This document shows, piece after piece, positions 8,983 through 18,522 of a DNA stretch of 64,000 bases. The notes beneath the pieces were generated by a model, which saw only the letters and a list, made by a program, of their open reading frames with translations, was not told the origin of the DNA and ran no database searches. The stretch is from Myxococcota bacterium (GTDB lineage: Bacteria > Myxococcota_A > SURF-8 > G963677705). Location: assembly GCA_963677705.1 (NCBI GenBank), contig OY782497.1, positions 1,900,774 through 1,964,773 on the forward strand, given 5' to 3'. Numbering within the stretch: position 1 is the stretch's first letter; each line of letters begins with the position of its first letter. The translations under genes were made by a program, and so were the position numbers.

Positions 8983-11358
8983 ATGCGTTGGTCATTTCTG
9001 GCCCTTTTCCTTTTGAGTATTTGCACGTTTCTGCTTTCTTCCTGTGGAGATGATGGCGGCTCGTCCTCTGATTCCTCGGATGGTGACCTCGTTGCCGACG
9101 GGGATGATGAAACAGGGACGGAAGAAGATGGAGACACGGAAGACGACACGGAGCCGGCCAGGGTTTCGGAAAATTACAAGGTGCGCGGCAGCATCGAGCA
9201 GATTTATATCTGGTTGGCCGAGCCGGGGATCACGATGGAAGTCGTTTCCTCCCAGGATGAAGTCATCGCCTCCGGTGAAACGGATGATCTGGGCAGCCTT
9301 GTTTTTCGTACCCTGCCCCCTGCCGAAGACTACCGCGTGCGCCCGGCTGATGACCCGGATGATTACACCGACCAGATCCATGTCATGTCCATTGAAGGCA
9401 GCCAGCCGGACGAGGACTTCTACGCATCGCAGACCCTCCAACCGGGCTATGGCTATCTGACCGCCCGCGATGGAACCACCCTCTCCATCTTCGTTTCCCT
9501 GCCGGGGCCGGTGGAAGACGGGCCGTATCCGACGGTGGTCAACTATTCCGGCTACAGCCCATCGCGACCGGGGCAATCGTTGGGAGAAACCGCCGAGTTG
9601 TTCTGCGACGACTACCCCATCCTCTGTGACGCCCCCAGCGCGCCATCGGCCTTGATTGCCGGGGTGATGGGCTATGCCTCGGTCAGCGTCAACCTGCGGG
9701 GAACCGGCTGTTCCGGTGGAGCCTATGACTACTTCGAGCCGATGCAGATTCTGGATGGCTACGACGTGATTGAAATTGTCGCCCGTCAGTCCTGGGTCAA
9801 GCACCACAAAGTGGGCATGGTCGGCCTCTCCTACCCCGGTATCACGCAGTTGTTCGTCGCCAGTTCCAATCCACCCAGCCTTGCCGCCATTGCACCCTTC
9901 TCCGTCATCGCCGACACGGTCACGTCCACCCTGGTTCCGGGAGGTATCTACAACAACGGGTTTGCCCTGGAATGGATTCAGATGGTCTTGGACAAAGCCA
10001 GCCCGTATGCCCATCAGTGGATTGTCGATCTGGTGGACGCCGGAGACACGATCTGCGAAGAAAACCAGCTTCTGCACGGACAAAAACTGGATGCCATCGC
10101 CAAAGCGCTGGAGAATCCCTACTACACGGATGAGGTCGCCAAACCCTTGGACCCCACCACCTTCGTACAGAAAATCAACGTTCCGGTCTTCATGACCGGT
10201 CAGACCCAGGATGAACAGACCGGCCCCCATTTTCCAGCCTTGTTTGACAAATTCACCCAATCGCCCGTGACGCGGTTCACCGTGACCAACGGGATTCACA
10301 TGGATGGCTTTGCACCGCAGATTCTTGGGGAATGGGCCAACTTCCTTTCCTTCTACGTCAACCGGGAAATCCCCGGCATCGACTCCACCGTTCGCGGGAT
10401 TGTGCCGCTGTTCATGGTGGATGTCTACGGCGCGCAAGGCTTGTCCCTGCCGCCGGAGCGCTTTACAGAGTACACGGATTTCGAACAGGCCAAGGCGGAC
10501 TACGAAGCGGAAGATGCGATCCGGGTGATTTTTGAAACGGGAGCCCAAGAAGGCATCACGCCCGGCGGGCCGGAGGGCGTGTTTGAAGCCGGATTCAGCG
10601 AATGGCCCATTCCGGAACTCGTTCCCACGCGCTACTACTTCCAACCGGGAGGGGCTATGTCCCTCACCACTCCCGATGCCACCGAAAGCGCCTCGTGGTT
10701 CATTCCCGACCCGGAAGCGGGGGACCGGATCACCTTGAACAGCGGCTCGGTGGAAACCCCGCAACCGGATTACATCTATCGGGATCTCGTTTCCGGCAAG
10801 GCGGTCAGCTTCCTCAGCGAAGCCCTTGAAGACGATCTCTTTCTGATCGGTCCGGGGTCGGTGGATCTGTGGATTCAATCGACGGCGGATGATGCCGACC
10901 TGGAAGTACAACTGAGCGACGTGCGGCCCGATGGCAAGGAATCCTTCATTCAGAATGGCTGGTTGCGGGCCAGTCATCGCACCCTGTTACCGGAAAGCAC
11001 CGACCTGCGCCCCGTTTCCTCCCATTACGAAGAGGATGTCTCTCCGCTTCCCGCCGACGAATGGACCCTCGTCCGTGTGGAGCTGATGGCGATCAACCAC
11101 ATTGTCCGGGCCGGATCTCGCCTGCGCCTGAGCATCGACACCCCCGGCGATAGCTGCGCCAGATGGCGGTTTCTGCTCCTGGAAACGGACGACGACACGC
11201 GGCACTACATCGCTCATGACTCCACTCATCCGTCCAGCATGGTGCTACCCGTCGTTCCGGATCTTGTCACCGAGGGCGAGCGGCCCGACTGCACGGCCCT
11301 TCGCGGCCAACCCTGCCGGGACTATCTTGACTTCGTGAACAACGAAGCCCTGCCCTGA
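8983..11358 (+). CDS. Acidic lipoprotein with CocE/NonD (Xaa-Pro dipeptidyl-peptidase, S15) family hydrolase domain
   Basis: The signal peptide plus lipobox LLSSC is followed by a D/E-rich linker (GDDGGSSSDSSDGDLVADGDDETGTEEDGDTEDD). Later comes ...MVGLSYPGITQLF, a GxSYxG nucleophile motif typical of CocE/NonD hydrolases. 791 aa. Confidence 0.65.
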   Translation: MRWSFLALFLLSICTFLLSSCGDDGGSSSDSSDGDLVADGDDETGTEEDGDTEDDTEPARVSENYKVRGSIEQIYIWLAEPGITMEVVSSQDEVIASGETDDLGSLVFRTLPPAEDYRVRPADDPDDYTDQIHVMSIEGSQPDEDFYASQTLQPGYGYLTARDGTTLSIFVSLPGPVEDGPYPTVVNYSGYSPSRPGQSLGETAELFCDDYPILCDAPSAPSALIAGVMGYASVSVNLRGTGCSGGAYDYFEPMQILDGYDVIEIVARQSWVKHHKVGMVGLSYPGITQLFVASSNPPSLAAIAPFSVIADTVTSTLVPGGIYNNGFALEWIQMVLDKASPYAHQWIVDLVDAGDTICEENQLLHGQKLDAIAKALENPYYTDEVAKPLDPTTFVQKINVPVFMTGQTQDEQTGPHFPALFDKFTQSPVTRFTVTNGIHMDGFAPQILGEWANFLSFYVNREIPGIDSTVRGIVPLFMVDVYGAQGLSLPPERFTEYTDFEQAKADYEAEDAIRVIFETGAQEGITPGGPEGVFEAGFSEWPIPELVPTRYYFQPGGAMSLTTPDATESASWFIPDPEAGDRITLNSGSVETPQPDYIYRDLVSGKAVSFLSEALEDDLFLIGPGSVDLWIQSTADDADLEVQLSDVRPDGKESFIQNGWLRASHRTLLPESTDLRPVSSHYEEDVSPLPADEWTLVRVELMAINHIVRAGSRLRLSIDTPGDSCARWRFLLLETDDDTRHYIAHDSTHPSSMVLPVVPDLVTEGERPDCTALRGQPCRDYLDFVNNEALP

Positions 11359-11420
11359 CCGGGGCAGACGCTCACCCGACGCGGCCTACCGTCCGTGTCG
11401 CCACAATGGTGTCATAACAC

Positions 11421-11452
11421 GAAAAAGGAGTTACGAGAAACTCGTAACTCCT
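11421..11452 (-). terminator. Rho-independent terminator downstream of tRNA on minus strand
   Basis: Perfect 12-bp stem AGGAGTTACGAG/CTCGTAACTCCT with a 3-nt loop. On the minus strand it is followed by TTTTTCGTGTT, directly 3' of the tRNA. Confidence 0.55.
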
Positions 11453-11461
11453 TGATCTTAC

Positions 11462-11538
11462 TGGTACCGCCTATCTGATTTGAACAGATGACCTCCTGAT
11501 CCACAGTCAGGCGCTCTAACCAACTGAGCTAAGGCGGC
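11462..11538 (-). tRNA. tRNA-His (anticodon GUG); no encoded G-1, G1.U72 wobble pair, A73, genomically encoded CCA
   Basis: The reverse complement folds as a canonical cloverleaf. Acceptor GCCGCCT/AGGCGGT, D-arm GCTC-AGTTGGTTA-GAGC, anticodon arm CCTGA-CUGUGGA-TCAGG, T-arm ATCTG-TTCAAAT-CAGAT, then ACCA. The base 5' of G1 is C. Confidence 0.75.
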
Positions 11539-11935
11539 GTAAAGCCTTTGCCGAAACGGCAGGTAGGTAACCTAGTGAATACCGCGTGATCTGTCAAGGA
11601 TTTTCTCCGGCAAACCAAAGCGCGGTGATTCGAACGCTGGCAGGGGGAACGACCGGGGCAAGATGCAGGATGGACCTGGAAAGAACCGGAGAAAAGACAG
11701 GCGGGGAAGGGTCATGAGCCGCGAATGTAAATGAAAAGGGAGACCTGCCATCATCGCTCAACCTAGGTACTGCCGTCTGATCGAAGCGGAATCTCCACAT
11801 TGTTGAGCGACGACACCTATATACTTAATCGGGTTTTCTTTTCTTTGCCTGGAATGGTAGCTTGGGCGGCGTACAGATCGTTTGGCTACTCTTCTGCATT
11901 CCTATGGCTCGATCAAGCAACGAGGAGGACATAAT

Positions 11936-12826
11936 ATGAACCTGGCAGATACATTGAAAACCTTGGATCGCCCGATGATTTCCTTTGAGTTCTTCCCACC
12001 GCGGACTGAAAAAGCGGCGGCGGGTTTTGAAGGCACGATCGAGACCCTGGCGAAACTCAAACCCGACGTCGTCAACGTAACCTTCGGGGCGGGTGGCTCA
12101 ACCCGCGAGGGGAGCTACCAGATTGTTGATATGCTGAAGAACCGAAAAGGCTTGAACACGGTGGCTTATGTTGCCGGCTACGGTCTGGGGCCCGACGATA
12201 TTGCTGCGGTCGTCCAAGGCTATGAAACACTGGGAATTGAAACCCTTTTTGTCATCCGTGGCGATGAACCCAAGGGAGACGACAGCTTCCGGCCTCACCC
12301 CGACAGCATGGCCTATGCCTCTGAGATGATCGGCTTCATTGCATCTCAATCTTCTCTTTGCCTCGGTGCAGCCGGATACCCGGAAGGTCATATTGATGCA
12401 ACAAGCAAGGATGAGGATCTCAAGCACCTGAAGGCAAAGGTTGATAAGGGCGCAAAGTACATTGTTGCTCAGTATGTTTATGATGTGAATCTGTTCTTCG
12501 ATTTCGTCCGGCGCGCCCGCGAGATGGGTATTGAAGTTCCGATCCTACCGGGTATCATGCCCATCTATTCAGAGAAGCTGACCCGTAACCTGGCGCGGAT
12601 CTGCGGTGCGTCAATCACCGAAGACATTGAAAAGGGTTTGGCTGCCCTGCCGCCGGACGACAAGCAGGCAGTGCTTGATTACGGGGTTCAGGTAGCAACA
12701 CAGCAGTGTCGTGAATACCTGCGCCGAGGCGTGGACGGGCTGCATTTCTATACGATGAATCGTGCCAATACCGTGGTGCGTGTGATCGAACAGCTCCGGC
12801 AGGAGGGCTTGCTTCCATCCGGTTGA
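11936..12826 (+). CDS. metF: 5,10-methylenetetrahydrofolate reductase
   Basis: MNLADTLKTLDRPMISFEFFPPRTEKAAAG...VNVTFGAGGSTREGS...HFYTMNRA. The SFEFFPPRT MetF signature is present and the protein is collinear with E. coli MetF. GGAGGA sits 8 nt upstream of the ATG at 11936. Confidence 0.9.
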   Translation: MNLADTLKTLDRPMISFEFFPPRTEKAAAGFEGTIETLAKLKPDVVNVTFGAGGSTREGSYQIVDMLKNRKGLNTVAYVAGYGLGPDDIAAVVQGYETLGIETLFVIRGDEPKGDDSFRPHPDSMAYASEMIGFIASQSSLCLGAAGYPEGHIDATSKDEDLKHLKAKVDKGAKYIVAQYVYDVNLFFDFVRRAREMGIEVPILPGIMPIYSEKLTRNLARICGASITEDIEKGLAALPPDDKQAVLDYGVQVATQQCREYLRRGVDGLHFYTMNRANTVVRVIEQLRQEGLLPSG

Positions 12827-13089
12827 TTCCGCGTGGAGTCAGGTGGTGATGAAGCCATAGCCCGTTGCAGGGTTTCCCACCGATGTATCACGAGCGTACT
12901 CTCCGGTAGGCCGGGTTCATTCAGAACCCGGCCTTTGGGATTCCACCATTTTCGTTTGGCGACTGGGGTATCTTTTGATTGCAAGGGACTGATATGACGT
13001 CGCCAGACAAAAAGATGAAAATTCAAACCCTTCGTCAGCCAAGTACCCAGATCAGGGTTCTTTTATTAACCCGGCGATTAGAACCGAGC

Positions 13090-13200
13090 TTAAGAATCGT
13101 CATCCTCCGCGCAGGCGGAGGATCCAGTCAACTGAGTTTACTCTGGATTCCCGCCTTCGCGGGAATGACAAAATGGATGCTTCGTCTAACTTATTGTTGC
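13090..13200. repeat. Pair of REP-like hairpin elements (GTCATYCYCCGCGNAGGCGGRGRATCCAG) in inverted orientation plus shared flank
   Basis: 13099-13127 reads gtcatcctccgcgcaggcggaggatccag. 13143-13169 reads ctggattcccgccttcgcgggaatgac, its reverse complement. About 75 bp (13125-13200) matches the reverse complement of 22630-22705. Confidence 0.6.
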
Positions 13201-13295
13201 TGTGTTAATAAGCCACCTGCTTGCTTAACCCTCCTGCCTTGCTATAATCGGAAGGCCATGTTGTTTCGTCACCTTTCTAGGAAGGAAGAAGCCTG

Positions 13296-14933
13296 ATGCG
13301 TTGTTCTCCGTTTTTACTCGTCATGTATATCGCGCTCTTCATGGGTGTTTTCGTGTCCTGCTCAAACAGCAGCAACCCTTCCAGCGGTGACGAGGATGTT
13401 GAGATCGAGATCGACCCCAAGCTTTCGGCCCTGATCTTTGAAGGAGGTGTTGCCGTAACGAGACCAATACCAAGTACCTTGTCCTGTGATTCCCCTTTGC
13501 GCATCAAAGTGATCCGGCACAGCGAGTTACGGATTGGAGCCCCGTTTGCCTTTACCCTGGAAAGCGAGCAAGATACCCTTGAAGAAGTTACCAGTGTCCT
13601 TGTTGCCCTTAATGATGCAGATGGCTACATTGAGGTACCAGGGCGTTTGTATAACCATGTGTTTGAACTAGCGGGCGAACTGGAGGCGCTGGATTCCATT
13701 CAAGGAGAATCCATCTCGCTTCAATTCGCCTTACGGACCCAAACAGGGGTCATTGGACCATTAGCCCCTCTTGCCATTGCCATTTCGGACAAGGAAGAAA
13801 CCCAGTTTCATTCCGCAACTTATTATGATGGTATCAGATCTCTGTATCTTCGGAACAGCCAAGCAGTCTATTCTCCCCCCCCTGAAGGCGCTCTGGATGA
13901 CGGGTTACCGCAAATCGAGAGTCTATCAGGTATCTCGAAGTTTCCCCCGGAAGGTCCTTTCTCTATCACTATCAAAGCTGAACACTGTGAGGAGAACCTG
14001 TCTGTGGTCGTGAAGAGTCCATTTTCTGATTTCTATTTATCAGTTCCTTTCACATCATGTTCCACATCCTCTGTACATCTTTGCGGTTTTATCTCTGGCT
14101 ATTTTAGAGAGAAAAGGAACGTATCACCACCAACTATTTTTCTTGGCGATACCATGGTATATCAATTCGCCTTGCAAAATAAACAAGGGGTTGGCCTGTA
14201 TCGTAACTGGGCGATTCAACTCGTCTCCCCAAAGGAGGCCAAACTATCAAGGCAAGAATACTATACCAATACCTGGGTCACCATTCCCGCTGGCAGTTTC
14301 ATGATGGGTTGTTCTTCGGGGGATAAAGACTGTGTCGGAAATGAGTCACCCCAACATCGTGTTGACATCCCATCTTTCAAACTTATGAAATATGAAGTAA
14401 CGCAGTTTCAGTATGAGTTCACCATGAGATCAAACCCTAGCCATTTTAGCCCATACGGTGATGGTCAGGATTGTGGCCCGGAATGCCCTGTTGAATCAGT
14501 TTCATATTACGATGCCCAGGACTTCTGTGAAAATATCGGAGCTCGCCTTCCGTCCGAATCGGAATGGGAATATGCAGCCAGAGCGGGATCAACGACCCCA
14601 TTTTCCTGCGGTGATGATCCATCCTGTTTGGATGCTACCGCTTGGTATCGTGACAACAGCAAAGGACATCCTCATCCGGTTGGGCAGAAAGAAGCCAACG
14701 CTTTTGGCCTTCATGATATGACAGGGAACGTCTTTGAAATCGTACAGGATGATTTTTGCAGTTATACCTACGCGCCTACGGATGGGAGTCCACATGAAGA
14801 TTGCCATAGCGATCATGCAATGCGCGGAGGGTCTTGGTATACGCAGCATGTTCGCTATTTGAGAACCTCTCACCGTGAGGCAATCCCCGGCGGTTACTCC
14901 ATCATCGGATTTCGATGTGCGATGGATCTGTAA
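13296..14933 (+). CDS. Lipoprotein with C-terminal FGE-sulfatase (SUMF1/DUF323-like) domain; FGE catalytic Cys pair absent
   Basis: Signal peptide and lipobox FVSCS. The C-terminal ~250 aa read ...PSESEWEYAARAGSTTPF...HDMTGNVFEIVQD...MRGGSWYTQHVRYLRTSHRE...GFRCAMDL, the formylglycine-generating-enzyme fold signature. The CxxxxC active site is missing. Lower GC than flanks. Confidence 0.75.
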   Translation: MRCSPFLLVMYIALFMGVFVSCSNSSNPSSGDEDVEIEIDPKLSALIFEGGVAVTRPIPSTLSCDSPLRIKVIRHSELRIGAPFAFTLESEQDTLEEVTSVLVALNDADGYIEVPGRLYNHVFELAGELEALDSIQGESISLQFALRTQTGVIGPLAPLAIAISDKEETQFHSATYYDGIRSLYLRNSQAVYSPPPEGALDDGLPQIESLSGISKFPPEGPFSITIKAEHCEENLSVVVKSPFSDFYLSVPFTSCSTSSVHLCGFISGYFREKRNVSPPTIFLGDTMVYQFALQNKQGVGLYRNWAIQLVSPKEAKLSRQEYYTNTWVTIPAGSFMMGCSSGDKDCVGNESPQHRVDIPSFKLMKYEVTQFQYEFTMRSNPSHFSPYGDGQDCGPECPVESVSYYDAQDFCENIGARLPSESEWEYAARAGSTTPFSCGDDPSCLDATAWYRDNSKGHPHPVGQKEANAFGLHDMTGNVFEIVQDDFCSYTYAPTDGSPHEDCHSDHAMRGGSWYTQHVRYLRTSHREAIPGGYSIIGFRCAMDL

Positions 14934-14948
14934 GTACTTAAGGAAGTG

Positions 14949-16319
14949 TCAATGGTACATCTCATAGACAGATTCCATTGGCCCTGCAACACCTCGAATT
15001 GCACATTCACTGCGTTCAAGATACAAATAATCTCCGCCATCTGTCGTTGCATCACAAAAGGATGACCCTATGGCTCCTGGTATTGCGGGACTCCCATCTC
15101 CTCCATAATATATGTCGCGTTGATATGGTTCTTCATCTCCAGCAATCTTCCATAGTTTTTGACTCTCTTCATCAATGCTAAAAACATCGGCTTGTGATCC
15201 TTCGTAAAACATCACACCAACATCAGTCATAAAGAACTGGTTAGGGTAGTAATACGCTTTTGTGTCAAATGACATTCCATCATATGGACATCCACGAGAA
15301 TCGTTTCCGAACGGGCAATCGTTCATGGCCCCAGGACCACTTATAGCTTTCATTTTCATAAGCATGTCATCATCACTGTAATCAACATGATAGATATGAC
15401 CGCCAAATCCAGCATAACCGCTATTATCATCAAATATTTGCAGGCTATAAATAAGATCATAATTTCCCACATCAATGCACTCACCAGCATCATCATACAT
15501 GCATATACCTATTTCTTCACGCGAACCATCCAATGTCAGCCTAGATACCCCGCGACCTGTTGTAGCAATAATTTTCTCATCATCGATATAACTAACTATA
15601 TAGTATGACTTAACAGAAGACGGATCGTCTCTCGTATATTTTTCACATACATAGTCATCAACACGCTTACTGTCCAAACCATACAAAACAACACATGTAT
15701 ACAACGAGTCATCGTTATCATAACCATCATCGTTTTCATCGACATAAACATTCAATGGGATGAGCATGTTTCGCTTATATATTTTTGCGATCCCAGCAGT
15801 GAACAACTTGCATCCATTATCAATTCCGAATTGCATTCCATATACGTAGTATTCTTCAAATCCACCATCCTCTGCAAGAAATACCATACGAAACACCACG
15901 TTATCGGAAATAGAAGAAGATAGATCATCCGGCCCCAAGACCATCACTGCGTTGTTCAGATCCGGATCCCAAACCATACTACGGACTGTACAATCCTTTG
16001 TATTATTCTCCACAGGTAGAAAACCATAGGTAAACAACTCTCCCGTCTCTACGTCATCCCTCCATAGAGTCTTTTTCTCCTTGGCCCACCAAGGGTTAAA
16101 AGGACGACCGTCATCAACAATCGTGTAATCACCGTAGTCTTCTGTAGAGTTATCGTATAGGCCAGATTCTCCTTCGCAGATCACAAGCTCTGCGGGTTCC
16201 GGGGTCTGGGAGTTGTCTTCCTGTCGGCATCCGGCAGAAAGCATCAACAGAACAACAAGCGTGATGGTGTGATATGCAAACCGCGTCATGGTCGTGTCAT
16301 CCTTTCCAGACTGATTCAT
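14949..16319 (-). CDS. Hypothetical lipoprotein (markedly AT-rich gene)
   Basis: 456-aa ORF. The N-terminus ...MTRFAYHTITLVVLLMLSAGCRQED has an L-S-A-G-C lipobox. The product is D/Y/N-rich and acidic. GC content is visibly far below neighbouring genes. No recognisable family. Confidence 0.55.
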   Translation of the reverse strand: MNQSGKDDTTMTRFAYHTITLVVLLMLSAGCRQEDNSQTPEPAELVICEGESGLYDNSTEDYGDYTIVDDGRPFNPWWAKEKKTLWRDDVETGELFTYGFLPVENNTKDCTVRSMVWDPDLNNAVMVLGPDDLSSSISDNVVFRMVFLAEDGGFEEYYVYGMQFGIDNGCKLFTAGIAKIYKRNMLIPLNVYVDENDDGYDNDDSLYTCVVLYGLDSKRVDDYVCEKYTRDDPSSVKSYYIVSYIDDEKIIATTGRGVSRLTLDGSREEIGICMYDDAGECIDVGNYDLIYSLQIFDDNSGYAGFGGHIYHVDYSDDDMLMKMKAISGPGAMNDCPFGNDSRGCPYDGMSFDTKAYYYPNQFFMTDVGVMFYEGSQADVFSIDEESQKLWKIAGDEEPYQRDIYYGGDGSPAIPGAIGSSFCDATTDGGDYLYLERSECAIRGVAGPMESVYEMYH

Positions 16320-16326
16320 CCTTCCC

Positions 16327-18522
16327 TTAGCGGGTCAGTTCCAGCACCAGGTGGTAGTCCTTCTGGCTACCGCCGAAACGAATGCGCAGGCTGTGGCTTC
16401 CCTCACGGAGCATCACGCCGGACTTGGGCGTGGTAAAGGGTTCTCTGCCGGGCAGGGTGATGGAAGCCCAGGAGGCACCGCAATTGAAGCCCAGCTTGGC
16501 CTTGGCGGAAAAACGCCCCTGCCCTTCATGGCGCTCATCCACTTCCAGACGCAGGCGAAGCCGCCCTTCCGCCGCGCCGACCGTCACCAACAGCGGCTCC
16601 GTCGGATGACGGAACTCCAGCGTTCCTGTTGCAGGCTTTCCCTTGGAAGCCACGGTCAAGCCGTCCATAGCACGCAGACGAACCCGCAACGGAGCCGCTT
16701 CCAGGTGCAGATTCACCGAGGTTTCCTCTCCCTCCTTCAGCACGACGGGAAGGCTCTGCGCCCGATACCCTTTGGCTCCCACCCGCAACCGGTATTCCTT
16801 GCCGCGAACCAGCTTGTCCACACGGAAAGGGCTGGTTCCCGAAAGACGTCGCCCTTCCAGAAAGACCAGCGCATTCTTCGGTTCGGTATGCAGCACCAGG
16901 GTTCCAAGCAGGCTGTTCAGTGCCACCCGGATGAGATACGGCTCTTCGGAAGCCTCGGTAATCAGAAATTCCTTAGTCACCGGCACGTAGCCCGTGCGGC
17001 GCAGCGTCACCGTCTGGGGTTTGGAAAGCGGAATATCCGGCAGGCTCAACGGGGTCGTCTCGGTCAATCGTTGGCCGTTGAACTGAACTTCGGCCCCCGG
17101 CGGATCGCTTTCAAGAATCAGCTTACGGCTCAAGGCTTTCAGTTCCAAGGCTACATTCTGCGCTTCGTTCTCTTGCAGGGAAAGCTCATGACGAAGGCGC
17201 TGATAGCCCGGCGCGCGAAGCTCCAAGACGGACTCACGGTCCACCCGCAAGCCACGAAGCACCAAAGGCCGTGTCTCGGCTTGAAGGACGCCATTCAAAA
17301 ACACCTGGGCCAACGGGGGAGTGACCGTCACGGTTACCGGCCCCGCCTTGGGCACGCCGGGCCAGGCGATCCAGGCCAGAAACGCCCCAAGAAAGCCAAG
17401 CAGGGAAAGCAACAAGACCCACCGCCGCGAGGAAGCCCCAGCCGTTCCGGTGGTTGCGTCGTGATCCGTGGAAAGAGAGGATACCTCATCCTGGGGAAGA
17501 AAGGGTTTGGCCGCAACCAGGGTTCCCTTCTTCTCCGGACGTTCAATGGGTTTCTCGGCAACAATGGTGCGCTCCGGGATCTCCACGACTCCGGTTTCAC
17601 TTGCCCGATGCACCTGCTGCACATACCAGGAAAGCGGTTGCTCCGGCTTGGGTAGGCGGCCTAGAGCCTCGTTCAAGGCTTGAGCCATCTGCAGGGCGGT
17701 ATCGTAGCGCTCCGCTTTTTCCAGACTCAGACTACGTTCCAGAATCCGTATCACTTCGTCGGGGAGCGTCGGATCATCCGGGCGCGTCCAAGCCCCGGAA
17801 CAGATGCGGGCAAACAGGCTTGCGGAGTCCTCCCCGGCTTTCCGCGGGTCATCGGGTGCAAAGACCTTGCACCCATAGAGCAGTTCAAACAGCACCAGGC
17901 CCAACGAGTAGACATCGCTTCGGCGGTCTTGCGGCTCTCCGCGCACCTGCTCCGGCGAGAGGTAACAAAGCTTTCCCGCCAAACGATCCTCGTGAACCTC
18001 TTCCCCGCGCCGCACTTTGGCCAGACCGAAGTCTGTAAGCTTCACCTCGCCTTCGCGGTCCAAGAGAATGTTTCCGGGACTGATGTCCCCATGAACCAGG
18101 CCAAGCGCCTGGCCCTGCTCGTCACTCAGACGATGGGCGTAGTCCAAGCCCTTGCAGGCATCACGAACGATACGCAGGGCGTGGGCTGCGGGAAAGGGAA
18201 TCGCCTGGGCCTTGAGTTCACCAAGCAGGCGGGAAAGGTCCGGCCCGTCCAGGTATTCCATCGCCAGAAACAGGCTGTCGTCTTCCTGACCGAAATCATA
18301 GATGTGGACGATGTTGGCGTGGTTCAACCTCGCCGCCAGACGGGCTTCCTGTTGGAAACGCCGGACGAAGTCTTCCTTGCGAGCCAAAAAGGGAAGCATA
18401 CGCTTGATCGCCACCAGTTTTTCAAACCCGGCTTTGCGTACCAGCTTCGCTTTATACACTTCCCCCATTCCGCCCTGGGCGATGCGTTCCAGAAGTCTGT
18501 ACTGGCCGATTCGGTCCTGCAT
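16327..18522 (-). CDS. Hanks-type Ser/Thr protein kinase with C-terminal PEGA domains
   Basis: YRLLERIAQGGMGEVYKAKL (Gly loop plus VAIK lysine), VHGDISPGNILL (catalytic loop, HGD variant), LTDFGLAK (DFG) and SPEQ (APE-like). A TM segment and repeated PEGA-like modules (...SDPPGAEVQFNGQRL...) follow. Start chosen at MQDRIGQYRLL, 21 codons inside the ORF-track start. Confidence 0.8.
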   Translation of the reverse strand: MQDRIGQYRLLERIAQGGMGEVYKAKLVRKAGFEKLVAIKRMLPFLARKEDFVRRFQQEARLAARLNHANIVHIYDFGQEDDSLFLAMEYLDGPDLSRLLGELKAQAIPFPAAHALRIVRDACKGLDYAHRLSDEQGQALGLVHGDISPGNILLDREGEVKLTDFGLAKVRRGEEVHEDRLAGKLCYLSPEQVRGEPQDRRSDVYSLGLVLFELLYGCKVFAPDDPRKAGEDSASLFARICSGAWTRPDDPTLPDEVIRILERSLSLEKAERYDTALQMAQALNEALGRLPKPEQPLSWYVQQVHRASETGVVEIPERTIVAEKPIERPEKKGTLVAAKPFLPQDEVSSLSTDHDATTGTAGASSRRWVLLLSLLGFLGAFLAWIAWPGVPKAGPVTVTVTPPLAQVFLNGVLQAETRPLVLRGLRVDRESVLELRAPGYQRLRHELSLQENEAQNVALELKALSRKLILESDPPGAEVQFNGQRLTETTPLSLPDIPLSKPQTVTLRRTGYVPVTKEFLITEASEEPYLIRVALNSLLGTLVLHTEPKNALVFLEGRRLSGTSPFRVDKLVRGKEYRLRVGAKGYRAQSLPVVLKEGEETSVNLHLEAAPLRVRLRAMDGLTVASKGKPATGTLEFRHPTEPLLVTVGAAEGRLRLRLEVDERHEGQGRFSAKAKLGFNCGASWASITLPGREPFTTPKSGVMLREGSHSLRIRFGGSQKDYHLVLELTR

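Noticed and set aside
8992-10977. 661-aa minus-strand ORF antisense to the S15-peptidase lipoprotein gene, plus small plus-strand ORFs 9044-10829
   Set aside because: Only the plus-strand frame starting at 8983 has a signal peptide, lipobox and a hydrolase nucleophile motif. The others are overlapping shadow frames.
11760-11935. Possible SAM-responsive riboswitch (SAM-II/metA-like) in the ~400-nt leader upstream of metF
   Set aside because: There are short palindromes (gatcg...cgatc) and a UUUGGCU segment near the RBS. I could not reconstruct the conserved pseudoknot or consensus confidently by eye. A covariance-model search (Rfam RF00521, RF00162, RF01826) is needed before calling it.
12748-13296. 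Small ORFs overlapping the REP-like hairpin cluster (12748-13026 minus, 12979-13296 plus)
   Set aside because: They span palindromic repeat elements and the metF 3' hairpin, with no coding signals. They are treated as intergenic.
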